Shown: positions 37,490 to 50,626, counted from the whole stretch's first letter. The stretch: 63,465 nucleotides of DNA, filler included, from Octopus bimaculoides (GCF_001194135.2; 5 parts of 5 records of this genome joined end to end with filler, not necessarily neighbours in it), one strand, 5' to 3'. A program made the numbers and translations. Notes: generated by a model not told the origin, from the sequence alone.

Positions 37490-38045
37490 ATAGCTTGCGA
37501 AGCTATAAAAAGAAGATAACCTCTATGCAGCATATAAGCTACTGGGAAAGACTCAAGAGATTAAGACTCTATTCCTTAGAGCGTAGGTGAGAAAGATATG
37601 CCATAATATACATCTGGAAGATCCTCGAAGGACTTGTCCCAAACTTTGGCATTGAAAGTTACAAAAATAATAGAACTGGGTGCCACTGAATAGTGCCAAG
37701 GACTCCAAATTTGCCATCAAGATGTAGGGCACGATACTGCAATAGCCTGGGCTTCAGAGGTCCACAACTCTTCAATATCCTCCCAAAGGACCTGAGAGAC
37801 CTGCATGGGGTGGATGTAGGTATCTTCAAAATAAAGCTGGACGTCTTCGTGTCAAGTGTCCCAGATGAACCAACTTCGCAGCAGGAGGTGCAGATAAGTG
37901 CAGCTGCATCAAACTCTCTCATGCACCAAATGTCAATTACTGAAAAGCATTTGTAAAGTAAAATTATGTAGCAACACCAAATGGCAGTGCCCCAGCATGG
38001 CCACAGCTCATGAGCTGAAACTAGATAAAATGAAAAATGAAATTA
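37490..38045 (+). mobile_element. CR1-type LINE 3' end (ORF2 C-terminus and tail)
   Basis: ISYWERLKRLRLYSLERR.ERY.IIYIWKIL.G..PN...RGPQLFNILPKDLR...FKIKLD.F.SSVPDEP; tail GTGCCCCAGCATGGCCACAGCTCATGAGCTGAAAC. Confidence 0.88.
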
Positions 38046-38656
38046 AAAAAATGAAATACATGCAAATACATGCATACATATGTTTGTAAACACATACATA
38101 CATACATACAAACAAACAAACAATTATCTAATATTATCTAAGCTTAAATTGCATATATGAACAATATTTAGAATTGCTTTGCATGCCTTATATATTAAAA
38201 GATGATACTCAGACGAGGACTTGCATTATAGTGCAAGTTTCCTTACACTGCTCTCCATAGCTATTGTTTTTGTTATGCTATCTTACACAGGTTTCAATAG
38301 CAATAATATTTGTTATGTTAAAAACTTATAAGCAGATTACATTGTCATATCCTCAGAGATTGAATAACAGATATAAAGAACCTTTATGATTTATAATGGA
38401 CATTAAACAGTATTTATGTTATCAACAGTCATAACTACTGTTAAAACGATTTGAAGAATTTAAGTAGCAAATGAAAAGGTAGAGAATATTACTTATCATA
38501 GCAGAGCTGAAAGTAATAAGTATTTATTATCTTCATTGTGTCTGTGTTAATGGTGGCTATCAGATTTCAAAGGGCCCTGCAAAATAACTTTTACTATCTT
38601 TTTGTCCTATTTGACAGCTAAATCAATGATTTTAATTCATTTTCACATACAGACTG

Positions 38657-38730
<74 letters not shown>

Positions 38731-38824
38731 AGAGAGAGAGAAGAAAAATAAGACAAGGTAGAAAGTGCTCAAATAATTTTATCATGAAGTGCATTTTAGG
38801 TATATATATATATATATAAGTGCA

Positions 38825-39059
38825 TATAGCTTTGTTAAGCTATACACAAATAAATTAGTGGAGATGAGAATATATTTATCAAAAGTTTTTGCTTTACGTG
38901 CATCAGAGCTTAAGTCACCAGTTATTCCTGTTTAGTTAATTCAGATTCATTCAACGTTCACTGCTGACATTATTTTGTTTCCCTTCTCTGTCCGGAAGTC
39001 CACTTCGCTGCAGACCAACTCCCTAGCTAGCCCACAGCACAGTTCTTGTCAACAGTTCA
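38825..39059 (-). repeat. 3' LTR
   Basis: About 88% identical to 41827-42061 by manual alignment; preceded on the minus strand by purine-rich GGCAGAGAGCTA (PPT-like). Confidence 0.9.
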
Positions 39060-41810
39060 TAGCTCTCTGCCAGAACTGTTGATTGTCATTGGAACCGGGA
39101 AGGCATTTTAGTTGTCCTGCCCATGTGTATGGTTACTCGGTTCTTTGGTGGCTATTCCTTGTCAAGGGTTGGTGTGATCTGCCTAGGGCAGCCCCTGTTT
39201 GGTATCTGGCCTACCTGAACAGGGCTGTGAATATCAAGATAGGCTGGTTTCAACTTATCAATGGAGACTGTCTTGCTGTTCACCAATTAGGAGTTGAAAT
39301 GATTTATCTCCCAAATGTATGACTTGATGTGGACCATCGTAGGGTGACTGGAGGGGTTTTCATCATGTGTCACATCGAACGAACAAAAAGTTAGCCATGC
39401 AGAAGTCGTTTGGTACAGATGATCTGAGTGTATCACGTGTTGACATGGGAACAGGGTGCAACTGGCCCACACTATCTCTCAGTTGAGCAAGGTACCTTTT
39501 GAGATCCGGGTCTGACTTCATATTCAGAAGGAACTCTCCTAGCACTGTTAGAGGGGCACCATACACCATTTCTGCTGGGGAAGTGTTGAGATTTTCTTTT
39601 GGGGTGGTGCAGATTCCCAGCATCACCCAAGGGGGTTGGTCAATTCAATTTGGCCTGTTAAATCTGGCTGTCAGGGATTCCTTCAGTTGGGAGGGAAATC
39701 TCTCCACTAATCCATTGGCCTGTGGGTGGTAGGCTGTTGTGCAGTCCATTGTGTTTTCAAAAAGGTCATACAAGTCATTCCACAGCTTTGAGGTGAACTG
39801 TGGACCCCTATCGGATGAGATGCTGTCTGGCACCGAAATGGGTGACCTAGTTTGTGATGAAGGCTTGGCTGACTTCTTGTGTTTTTGTGCTGCAGGGAGG
39901 GATAGCCTCAGGCCAATAGGTCTAGCAGTCAACCAAGAACAGTAGATAGAAGGAATCCTGTGAAGGTGGTAGGGGGCCAACAAGGTTGATGTCAACATAG
40001 ATGAATTGGGCGTGAGGTGGTTAATAGTTGCCGAGGGGTGCTTTGGTGTGTTGATGGATCTTAGCTTGTTGATAGGGGATGCAGGTCCTGGTCCAGTCCC
40101 CGATTTGCTTAGCCATACTGTGTCAGATAAATTTGCTTGCCAGCAGCTGCCATGTGGCTTTTGTACCTGGGTGGGAAAGTCCATGAACGACGTCAAAAAC
40201 TTTCTGCGCCAGGTTGATGGGATGATTGGCTGTGGCTTCCCAGTGGATACATCACACAGTAAGGTTGTACCATTAGAGCCAAAGTGTACATCCTGCAAAG
40301 AAAGTGATGTGATGGCAGTGCAGTAGGCCCTGATCTCATCATCTCTCTGTTGAGTTGCAGCCATAGCTTCATAATCCAAGCCTTCTGTTATTGGTGCTAG
40401 GTAGGTGTGAGAGTGGGTAGGAGCACGAGAGAGTGCGTCAGCAACTGGGTTGCCCTTGCCAGCTATGTGTTGGATGTCTGTGGTCTACTCAGAAATTGCT
40501 GGCATGCAGACCAAGGCTCTGAGGGCTTGCTTATAGCAAAAGTGAGTGGTTTGTGGTCTATGAACACTGTGAATGTGCAGCCTTCAAGGAAACAGTGAAA
40601 GTGACGGACACCTAGATGGACAACCAGTAGTTGACTGTCCAAAGCACTGTATTTCTGTTCAGGGGGTCATAGTTGTCGACTGAAGAAGGTGAGCAATCGC
40701 CACAGACTGTTGATGTGTCAGAAGCGTCAACTGTGAGTGCAGTCCAAGCTGACATATGAGGATGGGACAGCTTTAGTCAGGGCTTGTTTTGTGGATTCAA
40801 AGGCTGAAATCATTGTACTATCCCACTCCACCTATCTTTTTGAACCCTCTTTTGACAGTGCCTTGTATAGGGGTCTCATTACTCTTGCTGCAGAAGGAAT
40901 GAAGTGATAGTAAATAGTTACCATGCCCACAAATTAGTGTAAAGCTTGCTTGTGGTGGGGTGTGGAAAGGATAGAATAGCTTTCACTTTTTCTGCCAAGG
41001 GTGTATCTCCCAGGAAGTTGATTTCTGTCACACCCAAAAGACGCACTTGGTGGGTTGATTACTAAACCATACTGTCCCAGTCTATCAAAAAGAGTCTCTA
41101 GGTGCTTATTTAGCTCTGCACTTTGGCTTGCAATAAGGATATCAGCTAAGTATGCAAAGACAAAATCGAGCATTGGAATGATTGTGCTGTTTTTCAGACC
41201 AAAGGGTGTACATAGGAATTTGTACAGACTGAAAGAAGTGATCACAGTGATTTTCAGTGCATCATCGTCTTGTACTGGTATTTGATGGTATCCTCAGATG
41301 AGGTCAACCTTTGAGAAAACCAAGAATTCACCTTGCTGAGCTGAGAAATCTTGTACGAATGGAGTGGGGTAGCAGTCAGGTGTCATATTTGCATTGAGAT
41401 TGTGGTAATCTCTGCAAGGTTGATAACTTCCATTGGATTTGGGGGCCACATGCAGGAGTGATGACCGGGGACTACTTCATCGGCGAACTATTCCCAATGC
41501 CTCCATATTGTTGAATTCGGCCTTTGCAATTGCAAGTTTGTCTAGTGATAGATGATGTGCACAACCATGCACTGGGGAGAGGGCAGTGGTGGAGATGTGG
41601 TGTGTCACCCCCATGCTGGGATGTAGGTTTGGAAAATGTCGGAATGGTGAGATTTGGGTGACTTGCATGAAGATTTGAGAATTCATTCTCAGTCTGTGAG
41701 ATGGTTGCTATGCGGGGGTGTCATTTGTAGACGTTGCCAGAGACATGGAAGCGTGTGTGTTGTTTTGCCACTTGCCATGTTTGTATCGATTATGAGAGCT
41801 GCTGTTCTAT

Positions 41811-41824
41811 CGTTGGGGTCACCA
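41811..41824 (-). other. Primer-binding site complementary to the tRNA-Trp 3' end
   Basis: TGGTGACCCCAACG versus canonical TGGTGACCCCGACG (13/14), 2 nt from the 5' LTR. Confidence 0.8.
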
Positions 41825-41826
41825 GT

Positions 41827-42061
41827 TATAGCTTTGTTAGGCTATACACAAACAAATTAGTGGAGGCAAGAATATGTTTATCAAACGTTTATTGCTTTAT
41901 GCACATTGGGGCTTAAGTCACCAGTTATTACTGTTTAGTTAATTCAGATTCATTTAACTCTCACTGCTAGCATTATTTTGTTTCCCTTCTTTGTCTGGAA
42001 GTCCACTTTGCTGCAGGCCAACTCCCTAGCTAACCACAGCGAAGTTCCTGTCTACAGTTCA
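41827..42061 (-). repeat. 5' LTR
   Basis: Begins TG (reverse strand) and ends GCTATA before the PBS. Confidence 0.9.
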
Positions 42062-42129
42062 TCTGTCATGATTCCTGCACTACCCGCATATGCATATATG
42101 TTTGTGTGTATGTATAGTTAATATAAATA

Positions 42130-42260
42130 TATTCTTTTATTTTACTTTTTCTTGTTTCAGTCAATAAACTGTGGTCATACTAGAGCACTGTCTTGTCAAA
42201 CAAATTGACCCTGGGACTTACTTCTTAAGCCTAGTACTTATTTTATTGGTTTCTGTTGCT
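42130..42260 (-). mobile_element. SINE segment C, CpG-decayed
   Basis: CTTGTTTCAGTCAATAAACTGTGGTCATACTAGAGCACTG...GCCTAGTACTTATT; aligns to 62620-62760. Confidence 0.8.
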
Positions 42261-42396
42261 GAACCACTATTTATATGCATTTATATGCACACACATATAA
42301 GCATACACATACACACAACCATACATACACAAGTGTATAGACAGACATACAGACAGATAGATAGATACATACATACATACATAGATTTTATGCTCA

Positions 42397-43290
42397 CATG
42401 AGGTCTAATTAATAAGTATCCAGACTGTTGCCATAGCAACGAAACTAAAGCACACAGAGTCCAACTGCTTGGCAAAGATTGACCTTGAACTCTGCTGTGT
42501 ATGTACACTAAGTTTTAACATTCTAACCAACTTCCACTGTTTACAGCAGTGCTTTGAAGGGAGGTGTGTAATGTGTGATTGATGCATTGACCATGACAGA
42601 GGAAGTTGTCATGGAAATACCTCCTCAGAGGCCTACACAAAGTTGCAGAAAGTGTATGGAGAGTAGTGTATGAGCCACACACAAGTGTACGAGTGGTTCA
42701 GATGTTTCCAAGATGGCTGATAATATGTCGCTATTGACGAATGTTCTGGGTGACCCGCAACCAGCAGAACTGAGATAAACATTGCAGATGTGCTTGCAGC
42801 TGTGATGGGAAATCGTCGAATCATCCTCCATGAGTTATCAGAGGATGTGCAGATAAATTGTGATTCAGTTTAGTCCATTATGACTGAAGATTTGAGTATT
42901 AGATGCATGTCCGCTAAGCTTCTACCAAAACTGCTTTCAGCTGACCAAAAAGACACCTCGGTTTCAGTTGCATAAAATCTCCTTGATCAAGTCGAGAATG
43001 ATGTAAACTTTTTGAAAAGTTTACGTAGGCCTCTGAGCAGGTATCACCAAACTTTTGGCAAAATTTGATGCCGATTCTCTGCTCAGCTTTCTCTGTCATG
43101 CTCAATGCTATAATCACACACTACACACATTCCTTCCAAGCACTGCTGTAAACAGCAGATGTGAGTTAGAATGTTAAAACTTAGTGCACATGCACAACAA
43201 AGTTCAAGGTCAATCTTTACAAATTGGCTTCACTCTGTGTACTTTAGTTTCGTTATTATGACAACAATCCAGATACTTATTGATCAGACC
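42397..43290. mobile_element. Palindromic mariner derivative: left end, transposase N-terminus, inverted left end
   Basis: Inverted arms 42401-42642 and 43019-43290; centre encodes EAYTKLQKVYGE..MSHTQVYEWFRCFQDG...SAKLLPKLLSADQK. Confidence 0.88.
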
Positions 43291-43679
43291 ATATATATGT
43301 ATGTACAGACATACAAGGTGGTATCAAAAAGTTCCTGAACAAGTGTTATATACACAAACTTTCTCATCATCAAACATCAATGGACTAACTACCATATAAA
43401 TATAATATGAATATATACATTAATTGCTATACTTGAGGATGGTCATGTTTTACCAATTAAAGACATGCCAAACTTCTTTAGAATAGATGATAAGGTATAT
43501 GTAAGAATATACAAAAATGGCAAGCAATACTGGGAAGAAGAAATTGTAACATAGATTGGAAGAATGATGTAAGGTGTAAGAAGCAGAAATGGAATGGAAA
43601 TGAAACATAGAAATCAGCTTAAGGAAAGAGTCATAACGAAGGAAGTAACGAAAGTAGAAATACCGATGGCCCAATTCAG

Positions 43680-44045
43680 ACAGCTATTTGAAGGTGGTGG
43701 AGATTGTCGTCAGTCCTTGGCTGGAGAAGGTTGCTGTTGAAAAGTCACATGTGAGGCAGAAGAATTCAGCGTTTTGGCATATCTCCAGAAAGAATCAGAA
43801 GTGATTGTCAGACAATTTCATCTACCCCGATTTCTGGACACATAATTTCTGAATTTTTAATCTCATGATTACTATGTGTGGGGCACGGTTGAGAAAGACA
43901 CCAACCACTCTACCTACAACATGAAAGCCAAGAAGGTGGCTAAGATCAAAGAGATCTTTACAGAGATGCATTAAGGAATGCATATACCAGGTTCCAGAGC
44001 TGTCTTGAGTCCATGGTAGAAGTTGAGGGTGGCTACTTTGAGTAA
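43680..44045 (+). mobile_element. Tc1/mariner (maT/DD37D-like) transposase C-terminal fragment
   Basis: YLKVVEIVVSPWLEKV...HDYYVWGTVEKDTN...TRFQSCLESMVEVEGGYFE*. Confidence 0.75.
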
Positions 44046-44754
44046 AGTGTTATTTCCCAGCCATAATCTAGTTGACATTTTTGATTTCTTGAAATACTTT
44101 TATTTTTGGATGAGATATTGTATTTTCTTCTCCTTTCATGCAAACTATCAAATTTAGCCCAGACACCATATATATATTTATATGTGTATGTGTGTGTGGA
44201 GAAAGAGAGAGATAGTAGTCACTGTGTCTGTAAATATGATTGGCAATTGCTTGATAGTTGTCAAATACTAATAAGAAAATGTGAAGAGCTTCGATATTTG
44301 ATAACCACCATTATCTTATTCACACAGGCACAATGAAGACAAAAAATGCTTGATCCCATTTCTATTGTGGAAAGAAAAAATTCCCTACTGTTTTCACTTG
44401 GTATTTAAATAATTTCTTTTATCTATTTTAACACTAGTTATTAACATTAATACTATAACATAATATGGTGTCCAGTCACTGAAAATTTGATAATATAATA
44501 AACTTCTAAGTTTTATTTTGAAATAGACACTATTGTTAAAGAAATATAATGGATATAGAGCCCCTTATTAGTACTTCTAAGAGAGATACTATTTCTTGGC
44601 TGAAAAGAATTATCTTTCCCCTTCCCAAACTGTATCTTATCACATATCCCTACAAGCAGTTGTGTACCCATGAAGGTTTTATGGGACAGAAAAAAAGTGT
44701 CATTTAAACTGCAACCAATACCTGTTTTCACTATACATAAGGACTTGCTGCTTC

Positions 44755-45210
44755 CAGGCAACGTTGGTACAATGAAAATCAAGTCTGGCGAAATTGTTGA
44801 AATGCTCAAGTGGAGGCATGTAGAAGTGTGGTGTGTGCAAGAGGTATGATGGTGGGGAGTCTCAGCTAGACTACTTGTGGGCAAGCAACATAGATACAAA
44901 TTTTTCTGGGTGGGTGGTAGTGACTGAATAGGTGGTGTACATATTGTTTTGGTGGAGAATATATGAAGAAGGTGATTGGGGTAGTCAGGGTGTGTGATAG
45001 AACTATTAAACTAAAAGTAGTCTTGATTAATACAACAGTGACATTTATCTGTGTTTATGCTTCACATATCAAACTAATAGAGATCTGAAGGACAGTTTTT
45101 GTGAATCCTTTCCACAGACTACCATAACAATAAAAGACAATATCAATATCTTCATGGTAAGTAACTTTAATGGTCATGCTGGGAAGTATTCCAATGGATT
45201 TTATGACTTC
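44755..45210 (+). mobile_element. Old RTE LINE endonuclease fragment
   Basis: GNVGTMK..SGEIVEML..RHVEVWCVQEV.W..HRYKFFWVG..IGGV...VCDRTIKLKVV..TVTFICVYA. Confidence 0.8.
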
Positions 45211-46193
45211 AGCAGACCTTTTATCAAAGGTCTATAGCCAGGACTGTTCCATCTGTTTTATATCTGATGTTATCCAGTATGCCTTCCCATTTTAAAACAG
45301 TAGACTGTGATTTGAGAAAATTTGGTTACTGTTTCTAGCAAATCACATAACTATGAAGAGGTTTCTTCACTGCCACAAATAATTCTTAGTTTATTGATAA
45401 TGAGGAAAGAAATCAAAATCAATGCGCCAAACTTTACTGAGACTGAATACAGAAGGAAAAAAATGAATTTAATCTAAGGGAAAAAATTCAAAATTTTAAA
45501 GTGTTGCTAACAACCCTGCATTCTTAAATATTTTAGTATAAGTTTCTTACAGAAGCATGAAGCTTCATATTCAGTGTGGAAGAGTGGGGAAAGTGAGAGT
45601 ACAACATATTCAAATGAATATTTTAAACCAGTTTACATAATGCCCCCCAGTGCATTTCTGTTTGATGTCTCAAGTATTTAATTCAGCAAACAAACACAAA
45701 GAGATGTACAGTATTTTAAAGAAAGCATACGATGAAAGGGAAATGAAAAATATTGGTAAGAATTCAGTGATTTATTTGAAAACCAACATCAAAAGATAAT
45801 TTTTGAAGAGAGAAATAATTCCACTGAGTATTTTATGTGCTTAATGCCATTCATTTTACATGTTTGAATTGATATTAAAAAATAAAATAAAACAATGATT
45901 TATGATGAACCAATCTTTTAGATGTGCAATTATCAATTACAACTAATAACATGAATGAAATAAAAATTTTAAAATGCCGATTGTGCATGTGAAAAGCAGT
46001 TTGGAAGATTGTCAGAAATACATCAAACTAATAAATATTTCATGTTCAAGCACATGCAAATATACACAAAAGCATATGTGTGTGTGTATTATACCATTGC
46101 AAATATGTTTAAACAGTTGTACATAAATATGCATATATAATTTATTAAGTTCAAAAATATAATATCATATAATATAATAGGATATATATATAT

Positions 46194-46237
<44 letters not shown>

Positions 46238-46804
46238 NNNNNNNNNNNNNNNNNNNNNNNNNNNNNNNNNNNNNNNNNNNNNNNNNNNNNNNNNNNNNNN
46301 NNNNNNNNNNNNNNNNNNNNNNNNNNNNNNNNNNNNNNNNNNNNNNNNNNNNNNNNNNNNNNNNNNNNNNNNNNNNNNNNNNNNNNNNNNNNNNNNNNNN
46401 NNNNNNNNNNNNNNNNNNNNNNNNNNNNNNNNNNNNNNNNNNNNNNNNNNNNNNNNNNNNNNNNNNNNNNNNNNNNNNNNNNNNNNNNNNNNNNNNNNNN
46501 NNNNNNNNNNNNNNNNNNNNNNNNNNNNNNNNNNNNNNNNNNNNNNNNNNNNNNNNNNNNNNNNNNNNNNNNNNNNNNNNNNNNNNNNNNNNNNNNNNNN
46601 NNNNNNNNNNNNNNNNNNNNNNNNNNNNNNNNNNNNNNNNNNNNNNNNNNNNNNNNNNNNNNNNNNNNNNNNNNNNNNNNNNNNNNNNNNNNNNNNNNNN
46701 NNNNNNNNNNNNNNNNNNNNNNNNNNNNNATATATATATATATATATATATATAAGACAATATCTTATATTGATGTTATATATCAATATATATATATCTT
46801 TTCA

Positions 46805-47760
46805 GGTACACGACACTGCTTTCCCCCACCCCAGGGTCAGGATTGGCACTCTCAACGTCGGCACACTGAAAGGTAGGTCTGGTGAGATTGTTGAGATGCT
46901 TGAACGACGACGCGTAGATCTGTGCTGCATCCAGGAAGTACGATGGACAGGAGGTTCTGCGAGGTTCCTCACAGGCAAAGAACATAGGTACTAGATTTTC
47001 TGGACAGGGAACACTGACGGGGTCGGGGGCGTAGGAATACTTNNNNNNNNNNGTCTGCAATACCAACTTCAGGAAACCTGCCAGTCACCTGGTCACCTAC
47101 CGATCTGGCAGACACTCTAGACCAAATCGACTACGTCCTCGCCAGAAATAGGGAAAGAGAGCGGCTTATAAATGCCAAAACCTTCCCTGGCGAAGAATGT
47201 ACCCCACAACATCGATTAGTAGTTAGCGACTTCGGGATCAAAGCAATATGGGTGCCCAGAAGTAGACCGGCTTGGAGGAGAAGGGTGTGGAAGCTTAAAG
47301 ACCCTGCAAATGGACAGAGACTTAGAGACAAGTTACTTGAAGATTTTGACGAAATAGAAGGGGATATAGCATCATACAACGTGGAAGACAATTGGAGATT
47401 TCTGCGGAACAACCTGCTGAGAGCCACCGACCAGATCTGTGGCTGGGGTAAAGTCTCTTCTCGACCGAAAATAACGTGGTGGTGGAACAAGGAGGTAGAC
47501 ATGGCTATTCGACAAAAGAAACAGGCTTGGAGGGACTGGAAGAACGGTGGTAGCAGGGAATTGTACCAATATGCCAGAAGGGAAGCTAGGTGACAGGTTT
47601 ATTTAGCCAGAGGGGAAGCAGATAAGAAAAGATTTGCCAATGTTCTGCGCCGTGAGGACCAAAGACTTGAGGTATTTCGTGTTGCAAGACAATGTGTGAG
47701 AGAGAATCATGATGTCGTAGGAGAGAAATGTGTCTGCATGGATAATGATTCACTTGTATT
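46805..47760 (+). mobile_element. RTE (BovB-like) LINE endonuclease and linker region, relatively young
   Basis: RIGTLNVGTLKGRSGEIVEMLERRRVDLCCIQEVRW; QIDYVL..FPGEECTPQHRLVVSDF; TWWWNKEV; cut off by the scaffold end. Confidence 0.93.
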
Positions 47761-47762
47761 AA

Positions 47763-47862
47763 NNNNNNNNNNNNNNNNNNNNNNNNNNNNNNNNNNNNNN
47801 NNNNNNTTAATTAATTAANNNNNNNNNNNNNNNNNNNNNNNNNNNNNNNNNNNNNNNNNNNN
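47763..47862. other. Artificial scaffold linker (N44-TTAATTAATTAA-N44)
   Basis: Same 100-nt structure. Confidence 0.95.
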
Positions 47863-47904
<42 letters not shown>

Positions 47905-47932
47905 CATATATATACATGCATACATACATAGC

Positions 47933-47966
<34 letters not shown>

Positions 47967-48376
47967 GTATATGTATACATGCATAATACATAATATATAT
48001 ATAAACACATATACATAATATATATTTATGTATATACACATGTATATCACTAAAACACCTATATCGCAAACACACACACACACACACACACAAAGAAGAA
48101 GAAGAAGAAGTAAAAAAAACTCAGAAATAAGGGAGAGTATTGCTGTCATGAGTCAGTAAAAATTTTATTTATTGATAAAGTTTAAATTCTTTTTTTTCTC
48201 GACTTCGCCAAAAGGAAGAAAATATTTTACTTCGTCTTTAATCCAAATGCGTTTGTACACAGAGCCCAAGTTCTCATGCACTAAAGGCGAACATCTTCGT
48301 GCGAATCGTATCAAATTTTTTGCCAACAAACCAATGAATATATACAAAAGTGTATATCTCAACTATTATTCACATT

Positions 48377-48560
48377 GCGGCGAGCTGACAGAGCTGTGAA
48401 CGTGTTGGCTAACGTGCTTAGCAGCATTTGTTGCGGCTTTATGCACAGAGTTCAAAGGCGGCCGTGGCTAACTTCGTTTTGTATCCTTTCGGTGTCGATA
48501 AAATAAGCATTTATCGAGCACTGGTGTTGATGTACTTGACTATTCCCATCCAAAATTATT
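48377..48560 (+). mobile_element. Diverged SINE family A
   Basis: GCGGCGAGCTGACAGAG...GAGTTCAAAG...TATCCTTTCGGTGTCGATAAAATAAG. Confidence 0.75.
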
Positions 48561-48594
48561 TGATTCCTTAGTTTGAACAATTAGAACTAAAAGA

Positions 48595-48770
48595 GAAAGC
48601 AGTTTTTTCTACAAGATGGAGCACCTTGTCTCTTTGCTCTGCAAGTTAGGTAGTTTCTAAATGTGAAATTCCCTAACAGATGGATTGGAAGCGGTGGAAC
48701 GTTATTTTGGTCTCTACATTCACCAGATTTGACTCCATTGGATTTCTTTTTCAGGAGGACATGTGTAATA
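48595..48770 (+). mobile_element. Tc1/mariner-superfamily transposase fragment
   Basis: FLQDGAP...FPNRWIGSGG..W..HSPDLTPLDFF. Confidence 0.8.
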
Positions 48771-49689
48771 TTGATGGCTTTAAAGTCAGTCAGAAATTAT
48801 AACACTTCTATTCAGTTTACAATTGTTAGTTAATTAAATATTTTTATTTGTAACGATGCAAACATATTAATTTGAATTTGCGTCCAAAACGGAGACTTCA
48901 CGAAATAGAAGCGACATTTTCTTTCAGAGGTAATTATTACAACGTTCGTTACAGTGTTTATAAGTTTTAGCATATTAAAATACATTCTAAACAATTTTTA
49001 TTCTTTCAAAGATTACGTATATTTTCATAAATTTGTGACCAAGCATTATTGATTTCTGAAAGAATGTGAATGTTATTTAAATTGTTCTTTAAATATATTT
49101 CTAGTTAAACCAACATAATCTTCTGAAATCGAACTATCATCTATAAATTTCTTTGTACAGTAGTTTATCGATTTAGAACAACATGAAACATTTAAGGAAC
49201 AATGGCAGAAATAAGTCTGTCGAAAATTGATTTTTGCTATTTTTACTGCATAATTAAGTGTACATGTGAAGTTCATTTTAAGATCATTTCTATTATAAGT
49301 TTTATATCTATGATTCTTCAGAAAGCGTTTATCTAATAAAATAAATAAAAGTTACACGTTACATCTATATACATTCAACTCATTTTTATCTTACATATCT
49401 TCTACCTTTTTACATTTTCAATTTTTACATCTTTGGGAATCGATAATATTTATATAAATAATTATATCTTTAAACTTGATTCATTTTAATGTTTTATTCT
49501 GATAAAGCCTCGTCAGCTACGAACACCGAATCCATTCTCCACATCCCTCTTGTATACATTTGTGCTTGAGTGCGTGTGTGTGTGTGTACATATTCCAGAT
49601 GTCATGTGCACATCTTTATTCCCACATGAATTAGGACAGTAGTACCATCAAGGTAAGATTAATGGGGAGTCATATATAAAAATATATAT

Positions 49690-49916
49690 AGACGCAGGAG
49701 TGGCTGTGTGGTAAGTAGCTTGCTTACCAACCACATGTCAAGTCGACCAAAGCGTTGTGAGTGGATTTGGTAGACGGAAACTGAAAGAAGCTCGTCGTAT
49801 ATATNNNNNNNNNNNNNNNNNNNNNNNNNNNNNNNNNNNNNNNNNNNNNNNNNNNNNNNNNNNNNNNNNNNNNNNNNNNNNNNNNNNNNNNNNNNNNNNN
49901 NNNNNNNATATATATA

Positions 49917-49948
<32 letters not shown>

Positions 49949-50165
49949 AATGTGTGTTTGTGTGTGTTTGTCCCTCCACCATCGCTTGACAATCGATACT
50001 GGTATGTCTATGTCCCCGTAACTTAGCGGTTCGGCAAAAGAGACCGATAGAATAAGTACTGGGCTTACAAAGAATAAGTTTTGGGATCGATTTGTTCGAC
50101 TAAAGGCGGTGCTCCAGCATGGCCGCAGTCAAATGACTGAAACAAGTAAAAGAATAAAAGAATAA
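49690..50165 (+). mobile_element. Composite SINE: family B head, internal microsatellite (gap), segment C, CR1-like tail
   Basis: AGACGCAGGAGTGGCTGTGTGGTAAG...GAAACTGAAAGAAG-(TA/TG)n-TTTGTCCC...GGCGGTGCTCCAGCATGGCCGCAGTCAAATGACTGAAACAAGTAAAAGAATAAAAG. Confidence 0.88.
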
Positions 50166-50604
50166 CAGACCTTGACAAAACCTTTACTCCGTCAGATACT
50201 GACACGAAACTCATGAATAATGAAAAAGACAATGCAACAACGTATAAAGCCAAATGTATGACAATCATTTCAGGAAGATAATCATTAAACGATTAAGCGA
50301 TTAACAAGAATAAGATCTGAGCTAGAAAATATCTTATCTTTTGTTCGTCTATGCTTAAGTCGGGACAAGATTAAGCTTGGGTGATTTCACCGTTACAAAT
50401 TCACGTTTACGATATTGAAGTACACTGTTAGAACACTTTCTTTAAATATCAGTTAAAATTAACTGGTTATAGAGGTTAGTTGATACACTCACCACTGGGA
50501 TTTTGGATGTTCGAAGGGTTGGTTCTGTCCTGTTTGTTATAGATGTAAACTACATTATTTGTACTACTGCAAAGACAAAAAGAAGAGAAAAAGAAAACAG
50601 CATT

Positions 50605-50626
50605 AATAATAATGATAATAATAATG

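Larger units (their letters stand above)
38825..42061 (-). mobile_element. Ty3/Gypsy LTR retrotransposon, decayed, gag and protease missing
   Basis: Two 235-bp direct repeats; RT (SKVDL..GYHQIP, TPFGLKN, AYLADILIAS), RNase H (TVDASD, FTVFIDHKP), integrase (SDRGPQFTS, TTAYHPQANGLVERF) in RT-RH-IN order. Confidence 0.93.

Noticed and set aside
45553-45592. 40-nt segment with good splice sites (TTCTTACAG...AAA|GTGAGA)
   Set aside because: Isolated, two possible frames, no partner exon or homology
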